A stretch of 35,308 nucleotides of DNA from Octopus bimaculoides (GCF_001194135.2 NC_068982.1:69970712-70006019), one strand, 5' to 3'. Positions 20,770 to 33,750 are shown, numbered from the stretch's first letter. Notes: generated by a model not told the origin, from the sequence alone. Made by a program: numbers and translations.

Positions 20770-23700
20770 GTAAGTCGGTTCCAAAGTTACTCTGAGCTTA
20801 ATATATATATAAACCCTTGACACGCATGGGCTCCAGTTTTTAAAAAAGAAAAAAAAAACGGATCCTAACAAATTGAAAGAAGCACTTAAATTTGTTTATT
20901 ATCTGTAAATAAAGCAGGCTTGCATAACGTCCAACTGCATGGCTTTGGTTCGACTATATTGGCTTCATTAATTGCCTGACTGTGCTGTGAAAAACTCAAG
21001 GCGTTCTTCATATCAACTGTAACTCACTTCTGTGTTGCTTTCATCCATAGTTCCCACCAACCTGTCAAAATGGATGGAGTTTAGATATATATATACATAT
21101 ATAAATATATATATACATGATATCTATATATTTTCTAGTTATTTGTCTATATGGAAAAAGCTAAAGAAGAGAAATGTGACTGATTGTTGTCTAGCTCTAA
21201 TTGTTGTCTAGCCAATCAGTATAATGCTAATATGTTTCTAACTATATTTCCTTTTGCTTAAAGCTTTTTTTTTTTTCTCAACGTTATTTTGTTTATTTGT
21301 TTCTCTCTTTTTTTTTTCTCAATATTCAACCCTTTTATAGTTGGTCAAGCTTGAGGCTGATATACTCTCCCACACTTTTAATCAATGGTGAATGATATCA
21401 GTTTGGATGGTATTGTCATTTTTTAGGTTAAGGAGTATGCTTCCCAACCATGTAGTTTCTCAGGTTCAGTTCCACTGAGTGGCACATTGAGCAAACGTCT
21501 TCTATAGCTATGGACCAATCATAGACTTGTGAGTGGATTTGATAGATGGAAACTGAGAGGCGCCTCTCATATTTTTAATGTGTGTGTGTGTGTTTCTTTG
21601 TCTTGGCATCATATAATGAGTGCCACTATCATACAAGCAGTGTCCTTCATTTATAATCTTCCAGGAAAACATCTTTGGCAATGAGGAAATACTACCTTGC
21701 TTGGAAACACGTAAGGGTTGGCAACAAGGTAGGCAGTCAGCCATTGAAAATCTGTCTCAACTTCTGTCAGACTTTCTGCAAACATGGAAAATTGGACAGT
21801 AAAGTCTCATTTTTAATATCAGTACAAAGAACTTTGATATAGGGGTTGATTTTTTTGTTATTTCAACTGTTGCCTACCTCTCTCCATATACTTTATGGAG
21901 GAAACAGACATGACAGATAAGCATCTTACTAGCTGGGAGCTGCTCAGCTTGAAACAGGTGGTAGCTGATCAATGCAACCAAAAAGTCACACTGTTGAAGT
22001 CCACCCATGATGCCTTCTCTGTCAATTCAGGCAAGGATTTTAACTTGTGACTCTTACCCCTATATTGGCGCCATACTATTTATGTACAGATGGGGCGTTC
22101 ATTCTATTAATTGGATGCTGTTGTAGCTATAACATTGTTTTACTTGGGTGGTGTAATATGAAATACATGGTTGTTTGTTATGCAACCTCTCTTGATAATA
22201 CTCCAATGGAATGAGAAAATACATTTAAAAATTAAGCAAGACTGTATAGGGTTCCAGAGAATAGTTCAGAAAGAGCCTTTTCTACTCACATGGTGATCTG
22301 CAAAGTGCATCAGAGCTTAAGAGATTATTATTTGGTGTCTCTGGTTCATCAGATGGACCCACCTAGGGAAATTTGAGCTATTTTATAATGATGGAGAGAA
22401 GTACCAATTCTTCTTGTTTCTCTTTATAGGCTTGCAGCCAATTCATACTTGCTTATTTGATATTTGCAAGTACCCCTAATATCATGGGGCCATCCCATAG
22501 TCCATCACTTGTAGATGTGCTGAGCCAGAGTTGGTTGCCCCTTGTTGAGATAACCCATTCTATTTTGTTTCTCTTGTAGGAAAAAGTATAAACTGGGAAA
22601 GATACCGTACACTGGTGATTTGTTAACAAACTGAATGTTTACTGTTTAGTGTCATCTTTGTACATCTAGAGTTCAAAATTGATTTTACTTTTCATCAATC
22701 TGAAATCAATAAAATATATTACCAATAATATACTGCTATTCATAATATTCAGTTGATTCAATTCGATTCCTTTCCTTTCAAAAATGATTTTGTGCTTGGT
22801 CCAGAGAACTTACTCATGATATGTATAAATTGCTAAGCTAAAATTATTTTCATTATCAAATAATTTCTGAAGCTGCAAAGTAAAATGTAAGCATAAGGAC
22901 ACCCGAATCGCTTTTTAAAGAAGATATTCATAAAGCTATTAGCTTTTACCAAGTATAAAAGGGTTGTTTTGTTGGGTTTTTTTTGTTTTTTTTTAGCCTG
23001 AGCATATAAACTGCACACCTTTCTTTTACTGAGCACTAATGGCAAACTTTTTTTCCTTTATAGACAAGAAAACAACAACAAAATAGCAACTAATGTATTT
23101 TTTTATTGACGGATGCACATATTTTTCTCCTAATATTTGAATGCATTGTTAACTTGACATACAGGCAAGAATTACTTAGGACTATCCTTTTAAAAGTTGT
23201 GTTGAAGATATCATATTCTTAAAACACAAGTTAAATCATTTCAATACCCTTTTAACTATTTGGCCATAATTTTAGAAATGAAGGAGCTGTTGGTTGTATT
23301 CATCTCATCTCTAGTAGCCCATGGCAATAGTCAGCTCCCAACTTCAAGCTATGAATTCCATTCTCTTTTAGAAATTGAAAAACCTTGTGATGTAAGATCT
23401 AAATCTTACAACAATATGCCTTCAGAGTGTGATTGAACAATGAAATTGTACTCATTGCACGGTAAAGTATACATTGAGGCCTCTCATCAAACTAATTCAT
23501 AACATACATATGAGGATACAAAACCATTTGGGTCGTTCCTACTACATTATAATGTCTGTTCGAGCAGAGCTGACTGTACACATTCAACAATAACATTAAA
23601 TCATAACCTGAATTTTTTAAAATTTATCTCTTCACCTGCATTTTATTGTTGTTACTGGTTATACACTTGTCAGTTTGACATAAATCATTTCATAAAGGTA

Positions 23701-24962
23701 TGTAGTACCCACTTGTCTCTTTCTCACCTCTTAAAAATGCTTTTTTTCACTTTCTAACCTGACCACATTACAAACTATACATGCAATCCTCATTTAAAAC
23801 CCACTGTTCTGTTGATAGAACTTCCCTGCCACATCTTACCCTCCACACAGTATCCATCAGTTCGTTCTTCAAGATTCACATTAATTGCACCAATACCACA
23901 TGCCGTAGTGCTTCATTTATGAGCAATATCTCACCTCCTTATACAAGTCTGTGTTAATGTTCTGGATATTGTTATAAAATTTTAAAACTGATATTGTATA
24001 ATACAGATTTCTCAGTTACCATGTAGATGTTATGTTGCTCACCTTGGAGAATAAAACAAATGCTTTCCTTGCAGTTTTCATTAATATTTGATCAATAAAA
24101 AAAAAAAGAAAATTATTCATTTTAGGTTTTTTATTCAGACAAGGCCAGCTGTGCAAACTCTTTAGATAATGGATTTGTAATCCAAATTAGCACACATGCA
24201 TCAGTACAAGTACATATATGTGTGTACACATACACACACACACACATACATATGTATGTATGTTCACACACACATATTCATACATGCTGCTACATGCATG
24301 AGGAAGCAAGGAAAACTGAAGAGAAAATTCCATCAGTCAAACTGACCTAACCTGCTGCAGGTCCCAAACTATGTTTGCCAATTTTTTCTTGTTCATTTAT
24401 GTCTTCTAATAACCATTACTTCTTAATTCTGGATAATATGTAATTTCCAGGTAAAAACAAAAAAAATGAATTAACTACAACTTTCTAGTTTCAATATCAG
24501 TGACATAATCTTATTAAACAGACTGATGCGCTTTGTTTTTATATTTAGTTGTAACGCATCAGAATCAACTTTGAAGAAATCAATACCACTGTCTCTTCTC
24601 AGATTTATTTTAAACGACTGGTTTCTCTTCTCTTTGCTTGTGTTTCAATAACTCGTGAGTTATGTAGAGCTTTATGCCCTAGTTACTTTAGAAAAGAGCA
24701 GATATAAACATGTATTTTATTATTTCATTGTGTCTCTATATGTGTATGTGTGCATATGTGTGTTGCATTTGCTGAAGTTGTTATTTTCATTTTTATTTGA
24801 TGGTTATCAGGGAATTCATATAATTTGAATGCATATCTTTTAATTGAAATGCAAATGCATCTATTACTTTTTCTTATTATCGCTGTACTTGTTTGGAGAA
24901 GTTATTCAAACACATATAGAAACCCCAAAGTGCTTGCAGATACATACAGAATATATAAACAT

Positions 24963-25019
24963 NNNNNNNNNNNNNNNNNNNNNNNNNNNNNNNNNNNNNN
25001 NNNNNNNNNNNNNNNNNNN
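24963..25019. other. Assembly gap (57 N) in a (TA)n microsatellite
   Basis: Ns visible, flanked by TA repeats. Confidence 0.99.
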
Positions 25020-25060
<41 letters not shown>

Positions 25061-25062
<2 letters not shown>

Positions 25063-25310
25063 CATCATCATTTAACGTCTGCTCTCCATGCTGACATGGG
25101 TTAGGCAGTTTGACTAGAGCTGATGAGCCAGAGAGCTGCACCAGGTTCCAGTCTGATTTGGCTAGGTTTCTACAGCTGGATGCCCTTTCTAATGCCAACT
25201 ACTCCAGAAGTGTAATGGGTGATTTGGCATGCCACTGGCACAGGTGCCATTCACATGACACCGGCAACAACCACAACTACAGTTCACAGGTGCTATGTAC
25301 ATGGCAATGA
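25061..25310 (-). mobile_element. RTE-3'-tail element
   Basis: catcatcatttaacgtc..ccatgc..cagctggatgccctt.ctaatgccaac; matches 10804-11100. Confidence 0.75.
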
Positions 25311-26125
25311 CCACACATATATGCTCACCTTTTCAGTGAGTATCTTCAAATTTCATTTAGTTTGGTACTTAGGATAACATTTTTTTTTTTTTGCATATAA
25401 TTTGCATTCTATTACTCATTGCTTTTCAATTTACATTAAGAAAATTTTTTATGGGATTAACACATTGTAAGAAAGATCAAGGATTACCTGAAGCCATCAT
25501 TATCATTGTTGTCCACTTTTCCATGTTCACGTGCATTAGACAGAATTTGTTGAGGTGGATTTTTAGAAGCTATGTGCCCTTCCTGTCATGAAACCTTCTT
25601 GTTTCCATGTAAGGTAATATTTCCCCATGACCAGGTATATTTTCATGGAAGATCGGAAACAAAGGACACTGCTTGCTTGATGATGACACTTGCTTACAAC
25701 TATAATGCAATGTTGTGGCAGGGTAACAGTAGTGTGCACACGCACACACACACACAGTAGGTTTCTTTCAAATTCTGTCTACCAAATCTACTCACAAGGC
25801 TTTGGTTGGCCTGAAGCTATAGTAGAAGGCACTTGCCCAAACCATGTTTGTTAGGAGGCTAACTTCTTACCACACAGTCACACCTGTGCTTATATAGCCA
25901 CATAGATAAAAATATTGAATGAAAACCAATCAAGCTTCAAAGAAGAAGAAAATTCATATAAAATAAATTCAATATTAGCAACAAGTAAAGGGCAGGAAAA
26001 AATTGTCTTCTTTTTTTGTACCATAAATAAGAGAAATTATTATCTAAAGACAGCAATATTTCTCAATTTTGGTATTTTCTATCAATTGACACATCTTCAC
26101 CACCTTCCTCCTCCTCCTCCTCCTC

Positions 26126-26165
<40 letters not shown>

Positions 26166-26249
26166 AACTGGGGTGGTCATGTATTCCCTGTACAGCAAGA
26201 TATGTTTTTGTTACTCTGTCACATTTCAGCCTCATCACCTGGCATAAAG

Positions 26250-26500
26250 CCACCTCTTCAATAGTACACCACCTTCTTGTCTTGCAAGTTACTTGGCCAC
26301 CTCACTGATACCAGTGCCATGTAAAAGGCACCCAATACACTCTGTAAAGTGATTGGCATTAGGAAGGGCATCCAGCCATAGAAACCATGCCAAAGCAGGC
26401 ATTAGAACTTGATGCAGTCCTCTGGCTCCACCAGTTCCTTTCAAACCATTCAACCCTTGCCAGCGCAGAAAACAATTGCTAAATAGTGATAATGATGGCA
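26250..26500 (+). mobile_element. RTE-3'-tail element, inverted relative to 25061-25310
   Basis: ttggcattaggaagggcatccagccatagaaaccatgccaaag..aacccttgccagc..tgataatgatg. Confidence 0.75.
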
Positions 26501-27092
26501 TTAGAGAAAGCAAAATAAATGATCACCAAACTGAATATCTGAAACAGCTTACAATTTTGACATTTAGATATACACTTTTTCTTTCCATCCTTCTATGTCT
26601 GATAAAATAAGTCCTATTAATATATGAACTGGGTTCAAATCTAAGTCCTGGTAACCTCATGCCTTACATATGCTGTAGGACAGCTAAAACCAAATATATT
26701 GATGTATTCAGTCAAGACATCTGGTGACACTTTCTCAGCCTCCTATGGCAGGGCATGGTGACTGATGAGAAGCTGGAGAAATGTGTTGGTGCTCACTGAA
26801 CTTTTGCATCCAACATGGTATATGTGGACAAAACCAAGTGATATGCCCATGCTGTGCAAATTGACAGTCTCTTTTTACTGCAGTGATTACTGCATTTCTT
26901 GTGCAAGCAGAGAGAGTGTGAATGATCTATTGCTAGTTAGGTGAACGACTCGACAAAGTGAAGCAGTCTTTCAGCTAACAAACTGAAGAGCTGATGCATG
27001 ATGCAAAAACCATCCGTCATCGAAAAGCAGATGCCTAACAACCAAGTAATACATTTAGATGACTTGAAGAACTTGAAGATCAAGTCTAGCAC

Positions 27093-27278
27093 TTAACTCC
27101 TTAGCATCCAGATTACTGTCAAATGTTTTGAATTAATCATGGTTTATTTCATAGCTTCAAAATGTTGATGGTGTGGTTGTTTATTTTTAGAATGACATTG
27201 TAGGGTAGGTGAGAGAGGTCTGGTCTGGCCACTTTGAACATAAAACAAGCAGAAGATTTGGGCCAGATATGGCCGGTT
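27093..27278. mobile_element. Truncated piggyBac-like MITE
   Basis: Starts ttaactccttagcat (TTAACCCT-like); the interior resembles a common octopus repeat (recalled, not searched); other end missing. Confidence 0.4.
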
Positions 27279-28451
27279 CATCACCTACTTGGGAACCTGG
27301 TCCATTCTCAGGTCAGAAATATATTCTTAACTGTTAGGGGTGCTGAAACATTTAGAATTTTGTACCCTATCCAAGGTCATTACGAAACATTCTAACATCA
27401 TTACTGACTTTCCAAATCCTGCTGTGTTTCACATGGAATATTTGGCCCTCCCAAATCGTCTTGGTGTATAAGTGAACTTACCTTTTTGAAATTTGATCTG
27501 GAAAATTTGACCTGTACAGAAGAAAATGTGGTGTGTGTGTGTGTGCATGCATTCTCATAATACACAGTCATATTCCTGAGGAGAGTTACATATCCACTAT
27601 ATGATAAATATAGTTTGTAATCTTGTTATACTATCAATTTTCTTTTATTATTATTTTATTTTTGCTTTTTTTTTTTACTTAATTGTAAATCAAATCTAAT
27701 GTATGTGCGGGTGTGCATAGGGTACTGAGGTACCACTCTGGTTATATTAATAAAGCCCAGCATTGTATTCTGCTGTTATATGCATAATACTGACTTCTGG
27801 AAACATTGTTTATTAGTTGACATTGTTTTGTTTTGTTTTTTACCTCCAGGATAGAAAAATGTGTGTACAATAGCTGTTTTAAAAAGAGGAAGTAGATAAT
27901 GAATACCTTTCGCTAAAATGAACATGATTACAATGGGAGTTAGACAGATAGGAATAGTTAATAATATTAATAATAACATTAGCGTGTACTGCAAACTACA
28001 CTAGCCAATATATTCAGCTAAAATGAATGTGACAATTTATACAAAAGTGGAGACCTTTTGATACTCATATAATGCATAGTTACTGTTATAAAACTAGTGT
28101 AACTATATAAGAACAATAATTTCATTATTTTGTGGACAATTTGAAATATTTGGTGTAGGTAATATCTACAGTTTTTTTTTTAAATTATAAAGCCTCATTG
28201 TGCAGTGTATACAAACACATTTCAATATATTTCTCTCTCTATGGAAAGAAGAATACTGAGATGTTTTCACTTGTTTTCTAGCTACAAATCTTTCTGTTAC
28301 AAGCTTGTCTCTTTCAATCAACTCACTCATAAAGTAGGCTTGTGTGAATAGAGGGTAACAGCTGATAGTACCATGCAGTGAGGATGAGCACTAAATTATG
28401 TAGTTCTTAACAATACAACCATACTTGTGCTTTAATATATATACATATATA

Positions 28452-29674
28452 TTGGATCATCCCATAAATAATGCGTTTTTTTTTTTATACTTCTTTTAAT
28501 CTAAAATATATTCTTCATTTTCTACTATGCTCTTCCATCTATCTGGTAGACTTGCAAGGCCCCTCTTCCAAAATTCATTTGTCCATGACAAAAAATACAC
28601 CTCCACTACTGTTTTGACCTCGTCTACAGAATTCATATTTTTCTCATCTAAATGATTTTGAAGTCTGCAGAATAAATGATAATCAGATGGGGCAATGTTC
28701 AGTGAATATAGTGGGTGGGGCATTGTTTCCCATTCAAACTGCTCTAGCCTTTGGAATGTCTTCCAAATGTGGCCGAGCATTATCCTGATGGAAGAACACC
28801 TTTCGTATTGAAACAAAAAATGGTTGTTTTTCTTCTATTGCTGACTTAAGCTGCTCAAACTGCTCACAGTAGATCTCCTTTGTTATCGTTTGGTTTGGGT
28901 TTAGAAGCTCAAAGTAGACTAAACCTTTCATATCCCACCAAACAGATAACAACACCTTTATGTTGGTGAAGACCTTTGTCCTGAAGTGCCAGTGTTTCTC
29001 CTTACCCTACCTACTTTCTTTGGCGCTTGACTTTTTTATAGAGAACCATTTCTCATCACAGTTACTATTTGGTCCCAAAAAAGTTCATTTGTGAGACATG
29101 ACAGCAAAGAAAAGCACACATTCACTCTCTATGCACAATTAGACTCAGAAAGTTTGTGAGGAACCCATCGACCCAATTTGCTGACTTTTCCAATGGTACG
29201 CAGGTATCGATGAACGGTTGAATGACCAAATCCAAGATCCTCTGCTAGTTCGTCAACAATTACAAGTTTTGCAAGATGTCCTTGTCGAGCTCTACTGATC
29301 TTCTAGGATGAGGCTTGTCTTCTAGCTTGTAGTTTCCGGCTCAGAATTTCTAGAACTATCGTTGACACTGGCTTGCACTTATTGTCCAGTCCCCATATAT
29401 ACTGCATTAATATTCCTTGCACTTTCCGTTGCATTGTTGCCTTTATTGAACTCTTAAGCAAAATATACCGAACATGCTCTTTTGTCACTTCCATTATAGC
29501 TTTGAAAAAATAACTGTTAAAATCGAACCCTGCTCTTAAAAACTTGCACTAAGAATAAGTACAAGGTAAAATTACTACCTGCTTTTGTAGCAAGTTGATG
29601 CAGGTAGTTTATCTCATCCCCCTCCAACTCTTAGTTCATGCAATTAAAGAAAACCACATTATTTATGGGATGAC
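28452..29674 (-). mobile_element. Decayed mariner (DD34D) transposon, ~1.22 kb, with transposase pseudogene at 28496-29494
   Basis: TIRs ttggatcatcccataaataatgcgtttt (28452, after TA) and rc gtcatcccataaataatgtggtttt (29650-29674). Minus-strand motifs MEVTKEHVRYILL, IVTCDEKW, LLSVWWD, FHQDNARPH, HPLYSLNIAPSDYHLF, GLASLPDRW. Multiple frameshifts. Confidence 0.93.
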
Positions 29675-29969
29675 TGTGTGGTGAAAAAGTTAATTTCCCA
29701 ACCAAATGGTTTTAAATTCAGCCTCCTTACATTACATCCTGGTCAAGTGCCTTCTATAGCACCAGGCTGACCAAAACCTTGTGAGTGAATTTGGCAGATA
29801 GTATATATATATATATATATCCTTTAAGTTCATTTACAGGAAAGTTTTGAATATGTAATCATCTCAGGAATACAGACTATGATTTGTGGAAATGCATGTA
29901 ACAATGCATTGAAATATTTATAAATTCTATTCAAGGGTTATCATTCATCATCATCATATATATATATAT

Positions 29970-30292
29970 AAATTGACGGAATGGAGCTGGTAACCTCTAG
30001 GCTACATATGTTTCCTAGCTAGTAGATCCTTGGAAACAATAATTACTCAACAAGGGGTACTCCACTAGCTATTCATCAGGCCAAAGATGCATTGTCATTA
30101 AGGGATCCTAAATATCTCTGGCAAGTTAACTGGGGATTCCTTAATGACAATGTAATTTTTATATAACTAAGGTATCTTCAGTCTGATGAGTAGCTAGCAG
30201 AGTGCCCCTTGTTGAATAATTATTACTTCCGAGGATCTGCTAGCTAGGAAACATATGTTGCCTAGATTTTACCTGCTCCATTCCCTCAATTT
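29970..30292. repeat. Fold-back element (probable MITE): ~139-nt arms, ~86% identity, 25-nt spacer
   Basis: Arm 29970-30108 aligns with the reverse complement of 30134-30292 with about 19 substitutions and one ~19-nt indel (manual alignment). Confidence 0.85.
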
Positions 30293-32079
30293 GGATTTTT
30301 ATTCACATTCATAGCAACCTTAGTTGCTTACCATGAAGTATAAAAAACTTTTTTTTAGTTTATCAAACTTCAATATGGGGAAAATCCTACAACCTTCCGC
30401 ATCAGTAAACTATTATTGTTCCTGAAAGTTGTTTCTATCTACCATGGACTGCTTGATTCTTTCATTGTATGCACCATGTTGTGAAGCAGACAGAATATTG
30501 GCTTTAAACAGTCAGTGACATTTCAGTGATGGCAGTTGAATAGAGTCTGTATAGTTAAGAAATTCACTTTCCAATCACACAGCCTCAGGTTCAGCTCCAC
30601 AGTGCAGCACCTTGAGCAAGTGTCTTCGACTTTGACTTCAGGCCAACGATTGTCATGTGAGGGGATTTAGGAAGACAGAAACTGGTAAAAACCCATCATT
30701 GTATCCATATGTAAATATTTAATCTCTGATGAGCTGTGACTAAAGATAGTGATGTTGCCATTTTTGGATGGGCTGCAACCACTGATATTTGTTGACTTTC
30801 CTATCAGCAAGTTGTTTGCTAGTTCTGCTGTTTTGAATTCCTCTGGAATATATTAAAAAAAAAGAAACATTTAAAAAACAGATAAGAGTTGGCAACTGGA
30901 AGTGCATCCTGCCATAAAAGTTCTGCCTCAGAGTACACCACTCTCGTCTAAGTCATATTGGCATGGAAAAAAAAGAAGTTGAACAAATGAAATATGTGTT
31001 TGTGTTTGTTTGAAATAAGACCAGGCACATACTGCTGGAAGGACTCAGTGCTGTTGATGGAGTTAAATTAGACATATTGGATTGACTTGGAACTTGGAAT
31101 TCAAGTTGCATCTCTTGTGACTTATTCAATCAGTCAAGTTGAATAAGATGTAAAAGGTGGAAACAGAAGACCCAGTCAATCTACTGTGTGTGTGTGTAAT
31201 GACCTGAACTATCACTATCTTCTTACACCAAACACTGAGATTACAATGTTTTTATTTTATTTATTCATTTATTTCTTGTGCGACTTCAATAATCTCAGTT
31301 TCTTTCTTTTAACTATGGTGAAGCTAAGACTGTAGTGTTGAATATTAACAATCCCTTTGAGGTTTCTTCAACTGGATGTCCTCTATCTATCAGCACTATT
31401 GCCTTTTAAGGATCTTTCATCTTCCCTTTTAAATGTTGCTGATTTCTTTTTGCCCCCACATTTGACTTCTTCCATCACCTGAGAGTATGGTAAATATTGA
31501 ACAACACTAGAATTTTAAGCATAACAACTAATTTCCTGGATGAATATTTTCCATTCTGATGAAAAAAATAAATAAAAATATTCCTTAATTACCATCTTCA
31601 GCAACCACAGTTGGAAACCTTATTTTTGTAACATTGTTGAAGTCATAAAGGGTTTACATTTTCATTTTTCAGGTTAAAAAAAGAAATTAAATATTTCAGC
31701 CCTAATTTAGTTCTCATGTCAGTCAGTCTCCCCCCTCTCTCTCTCTCTCTCTCACACACACGCACATACACACCAAATGTATGTAAGCTTTTGTTCTGAT
31801 AACTGCTGTTACCTCATTAAATTTCTTCTGATATGTTTTTGTATTGCATTAACTTAAAATTCTTCAAACTAAATTAACTGAACTAGATTCACATACCTCC
31901 ATCCATTGATCCAGGATATCACATGAGCAGCTTCTCTTCCTCTCCCTCCCTCCTCCTCCTCCTTGTTTTTACATACTGCTTGAAAAAAAGAGACAGACAG
32001 GCAAACAGAGTTCATGTGTATGCAATGAATACAGGAGATATTACAGCCAGTGTATTTAGCATTTAATTGTCTGTTGCAG

Positions 32080-32292
32080 CCTACAAATACACCACCACAG
32101 CAGCAACAACAACAACAGCAACAACAGGTTCCTGTTACCATGTCTAGCGGGTCCATTATCCCAACAAATGAACAGTTGGACAAACTGAAGAGTGAACTTG
32201 ATGTAGTCCAAGGAAATGTCCGTGTGATGGGGGAAATGTTGACAGAGCTCAGCCCTTACAATGTAGACTCCTCAGATCTTGAGCTTTTGCAA
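32080..32292 (+). CDS. TOM1: TOM1/TOM1L2-like exon, linker with Q10 and start of GAT: PTNTPPQ10VPVTMSSGSIIPTNEQLDKLKSELDVVQGNVRVMGEMLTELSPYNVDSSDLELLQ
   Basis: ctgttgcag acceptor; caa|gtaagt donor; 213 nt, phase 0/0. EQxxKLxSELxxVxGNVRVMxEMLTEL...DLELLQ is the TOM1 GAT signature. Confidence 0.95.
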
Positions 32293-32337
32293 GTAAGTTA
32301 ACATTACAAGATTCTTATTTTATTTTACTGCTTGTTT

Positions 32338-32379
<42 letters not shown>

Positions 32380-32459
32380 TTTTTTTTAAAGAAATTATGG
32401 CAGCATGAATTGTATAACTATCTGTCAAATACTAAGGTTCAACTATTGATGTCTTCCAG

Positions 32460-32760
32460 GTGTTTTTTTCATCATTGTTTAATGTCTGTTTTCCATGCTG
32501 GCATGGGTTGGACGGTTTGACTGAGGTCTGGAGAGCCAGCAGCTGCACCAGGCTCCCGTCTGAACTGGCAGTGTTTCTACAGCTGGATGCCCTTCCTAAT
32601 GCCAACCACTCCGAGAGTGTAGTGGGTGCTTTTTACATGCCACTGGCACAGGAGCCAGTCAGGCGAGCCTGGCATTGATCATATTCGGATAGTGCTTTTT
32701 ACATGCCACCGGCACAGGAGCCAGTCATGGGGCACTTGCATCGGCCACATTTGAATGGTG
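32460..32760 (-). mobile_element. RTE-3'-tail element with an internal tandem duplication
   Basis: tttaatgtctgttttccatgctggcatgggttgg..; gtgctttttacatgccac.ggcacaggagccagtca occurs twice. Confidence 0.8.
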
Positions 32761-32989
32761 CTTTTTACGTGCTGGCTGATAATGCTGTTTGTGCTTAGAA
32801 GGTTTTGAGGGTGAATGAGGTCTTGAATATTCATATGCAGGGCAGTAGTTTCAGGTACCAGGTACAATTGGCTTTGAAAGACATAATGAAGAAACAATGC
32901 CACACAAGTTCTAGGTCTTTGAAAGATGAAAAGTACAATGGCCAGGCACATTTTCTCCAAAGATTGCAAATAAACAACATTGCTTGTAT

Positions 32990-33430
32990 GACAGTGTCAT
33001 CTGTTTACACAGTGTGCAATGTCAAGACAGAGACACACACAAATATATGGTTATCCTTTTACTTGTTTCAGTCATTTGACTACAGCCATGCTGGAGCACC
33101 ACCTTGAAGGGATTTTAGTCAAACAAATCGACCCCAGGACTTGTTTCTTAAACTTAGTACTTATTCTATCAGTCTCTTTTGTCAAAACACTAAGTTACGG
33201 GGACATAAACACACCAACATCAGTTATCAAACAGTGGCGGGGGAACAAACACAAACACACACACACATATATATATATGATGGGCTTCTTTCACTTTCTA
33301 TCTACCAAATCCACTCACAAGCCTTTGGTTGGCCTGAGGCTTATAGTAGAAGACACTTGCCCAAGGTGCCACACAGTGGGACTGAACCCAGAACCATGGG
33401 GTTGGGAAGCAAGCTTTTTACCACACAAAG
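32990..33430 (-). mobile_element. SINE family B, near full length, inverted
   Basis: Reverse complement of the 900-1298 type (ttgtttcagtcatttgact..caaggtgccacacagtgggactgaaccc). Confidence 0.8.
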
Positions 33431-33455
33431 GAAATTCTCAAATGCAGGAAATGCC

Positions 33456-33750
33456 TCGTCTAGGCATTTGATGTAGGCCTCCGTGTTGAGTCTAAGGCCA
33501 TGTAGGAAGATAAATGGAGGCATAATATCACCATCACTAGTGATTACTCCAAACACCATGATGTTGACTGGATGTTTAATTTTTATCACTCTCGGTACAT
33601 GTCCTCAGATTGACACCCAAACACTCTGCAATGTTTGTATTGGAGCTTCTGACACAAATGCCAAGCAGTACAGTATATTGTTTCCAAATTTCTAGCCGAG
33701 TGAATTATGTCATGATGTTTTTCTCACCAACAGTGCCCAACTGATCCTAC
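33456..33750 (-). mobile_element. Internally deleted Tc1/mariner (maT/DD37D-like) fragment
   Basis: Minus strand: MT*FTRLEIWKQYTVLLGICVRSSNTNIAECLGVNLRT (HTH-like, ATG at 33713) abutting IKHPVNIMVFGVITSDGDIMPPFIFLHGLRLNTEAYIKCLDE (catalytic-domain segment). Confidence 0.7.

Noticed and set aside
20448-20773. Poly-Tyr and poly-Leu ORFs (signal-peptide-like)
   Set aside because: Translations of the (ATT)n microsatellite.
22056-22073. tRNA-Lys primer-binding-site-like tggcgccaatatagggg on the minus strand
   Set aside because: Only about 13/18 match with a gap; no adjacent LTR end (CA), paired LTR or convincing gag/pol.
22400-22620. Two strong-looking acceptors (AG at 22428-22429 and 22578-22579) as extra TOM1 exons
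   Set aside because: No good downstream donor; the second has an in-frame stop (gaa aaa gta taa) in phase 0.
24825-25104. ORFs spanning the N gap
   Set aside because: Artefacts of (TA)n and Ns.
26700-27070. Possible transposase relic
   Set aside because: Less AT-rich than its flanks, but none of the frames I read gave a motif I could name.
30183-30230. Hammerhead ribozyme core (CTGATGAG)
   Set aside because: No stem II closing with C-GAAA and no stem III/UH site. Other CTGATGA hits (about 25130, 26762, 30725) also fail.
30720-30790. C/D box snoRNA (TGATGA...CTGA)
   Set aside because: No terminal stem or recognisable antisense element; TGATGA is abundant here because of (GAT)n tails.
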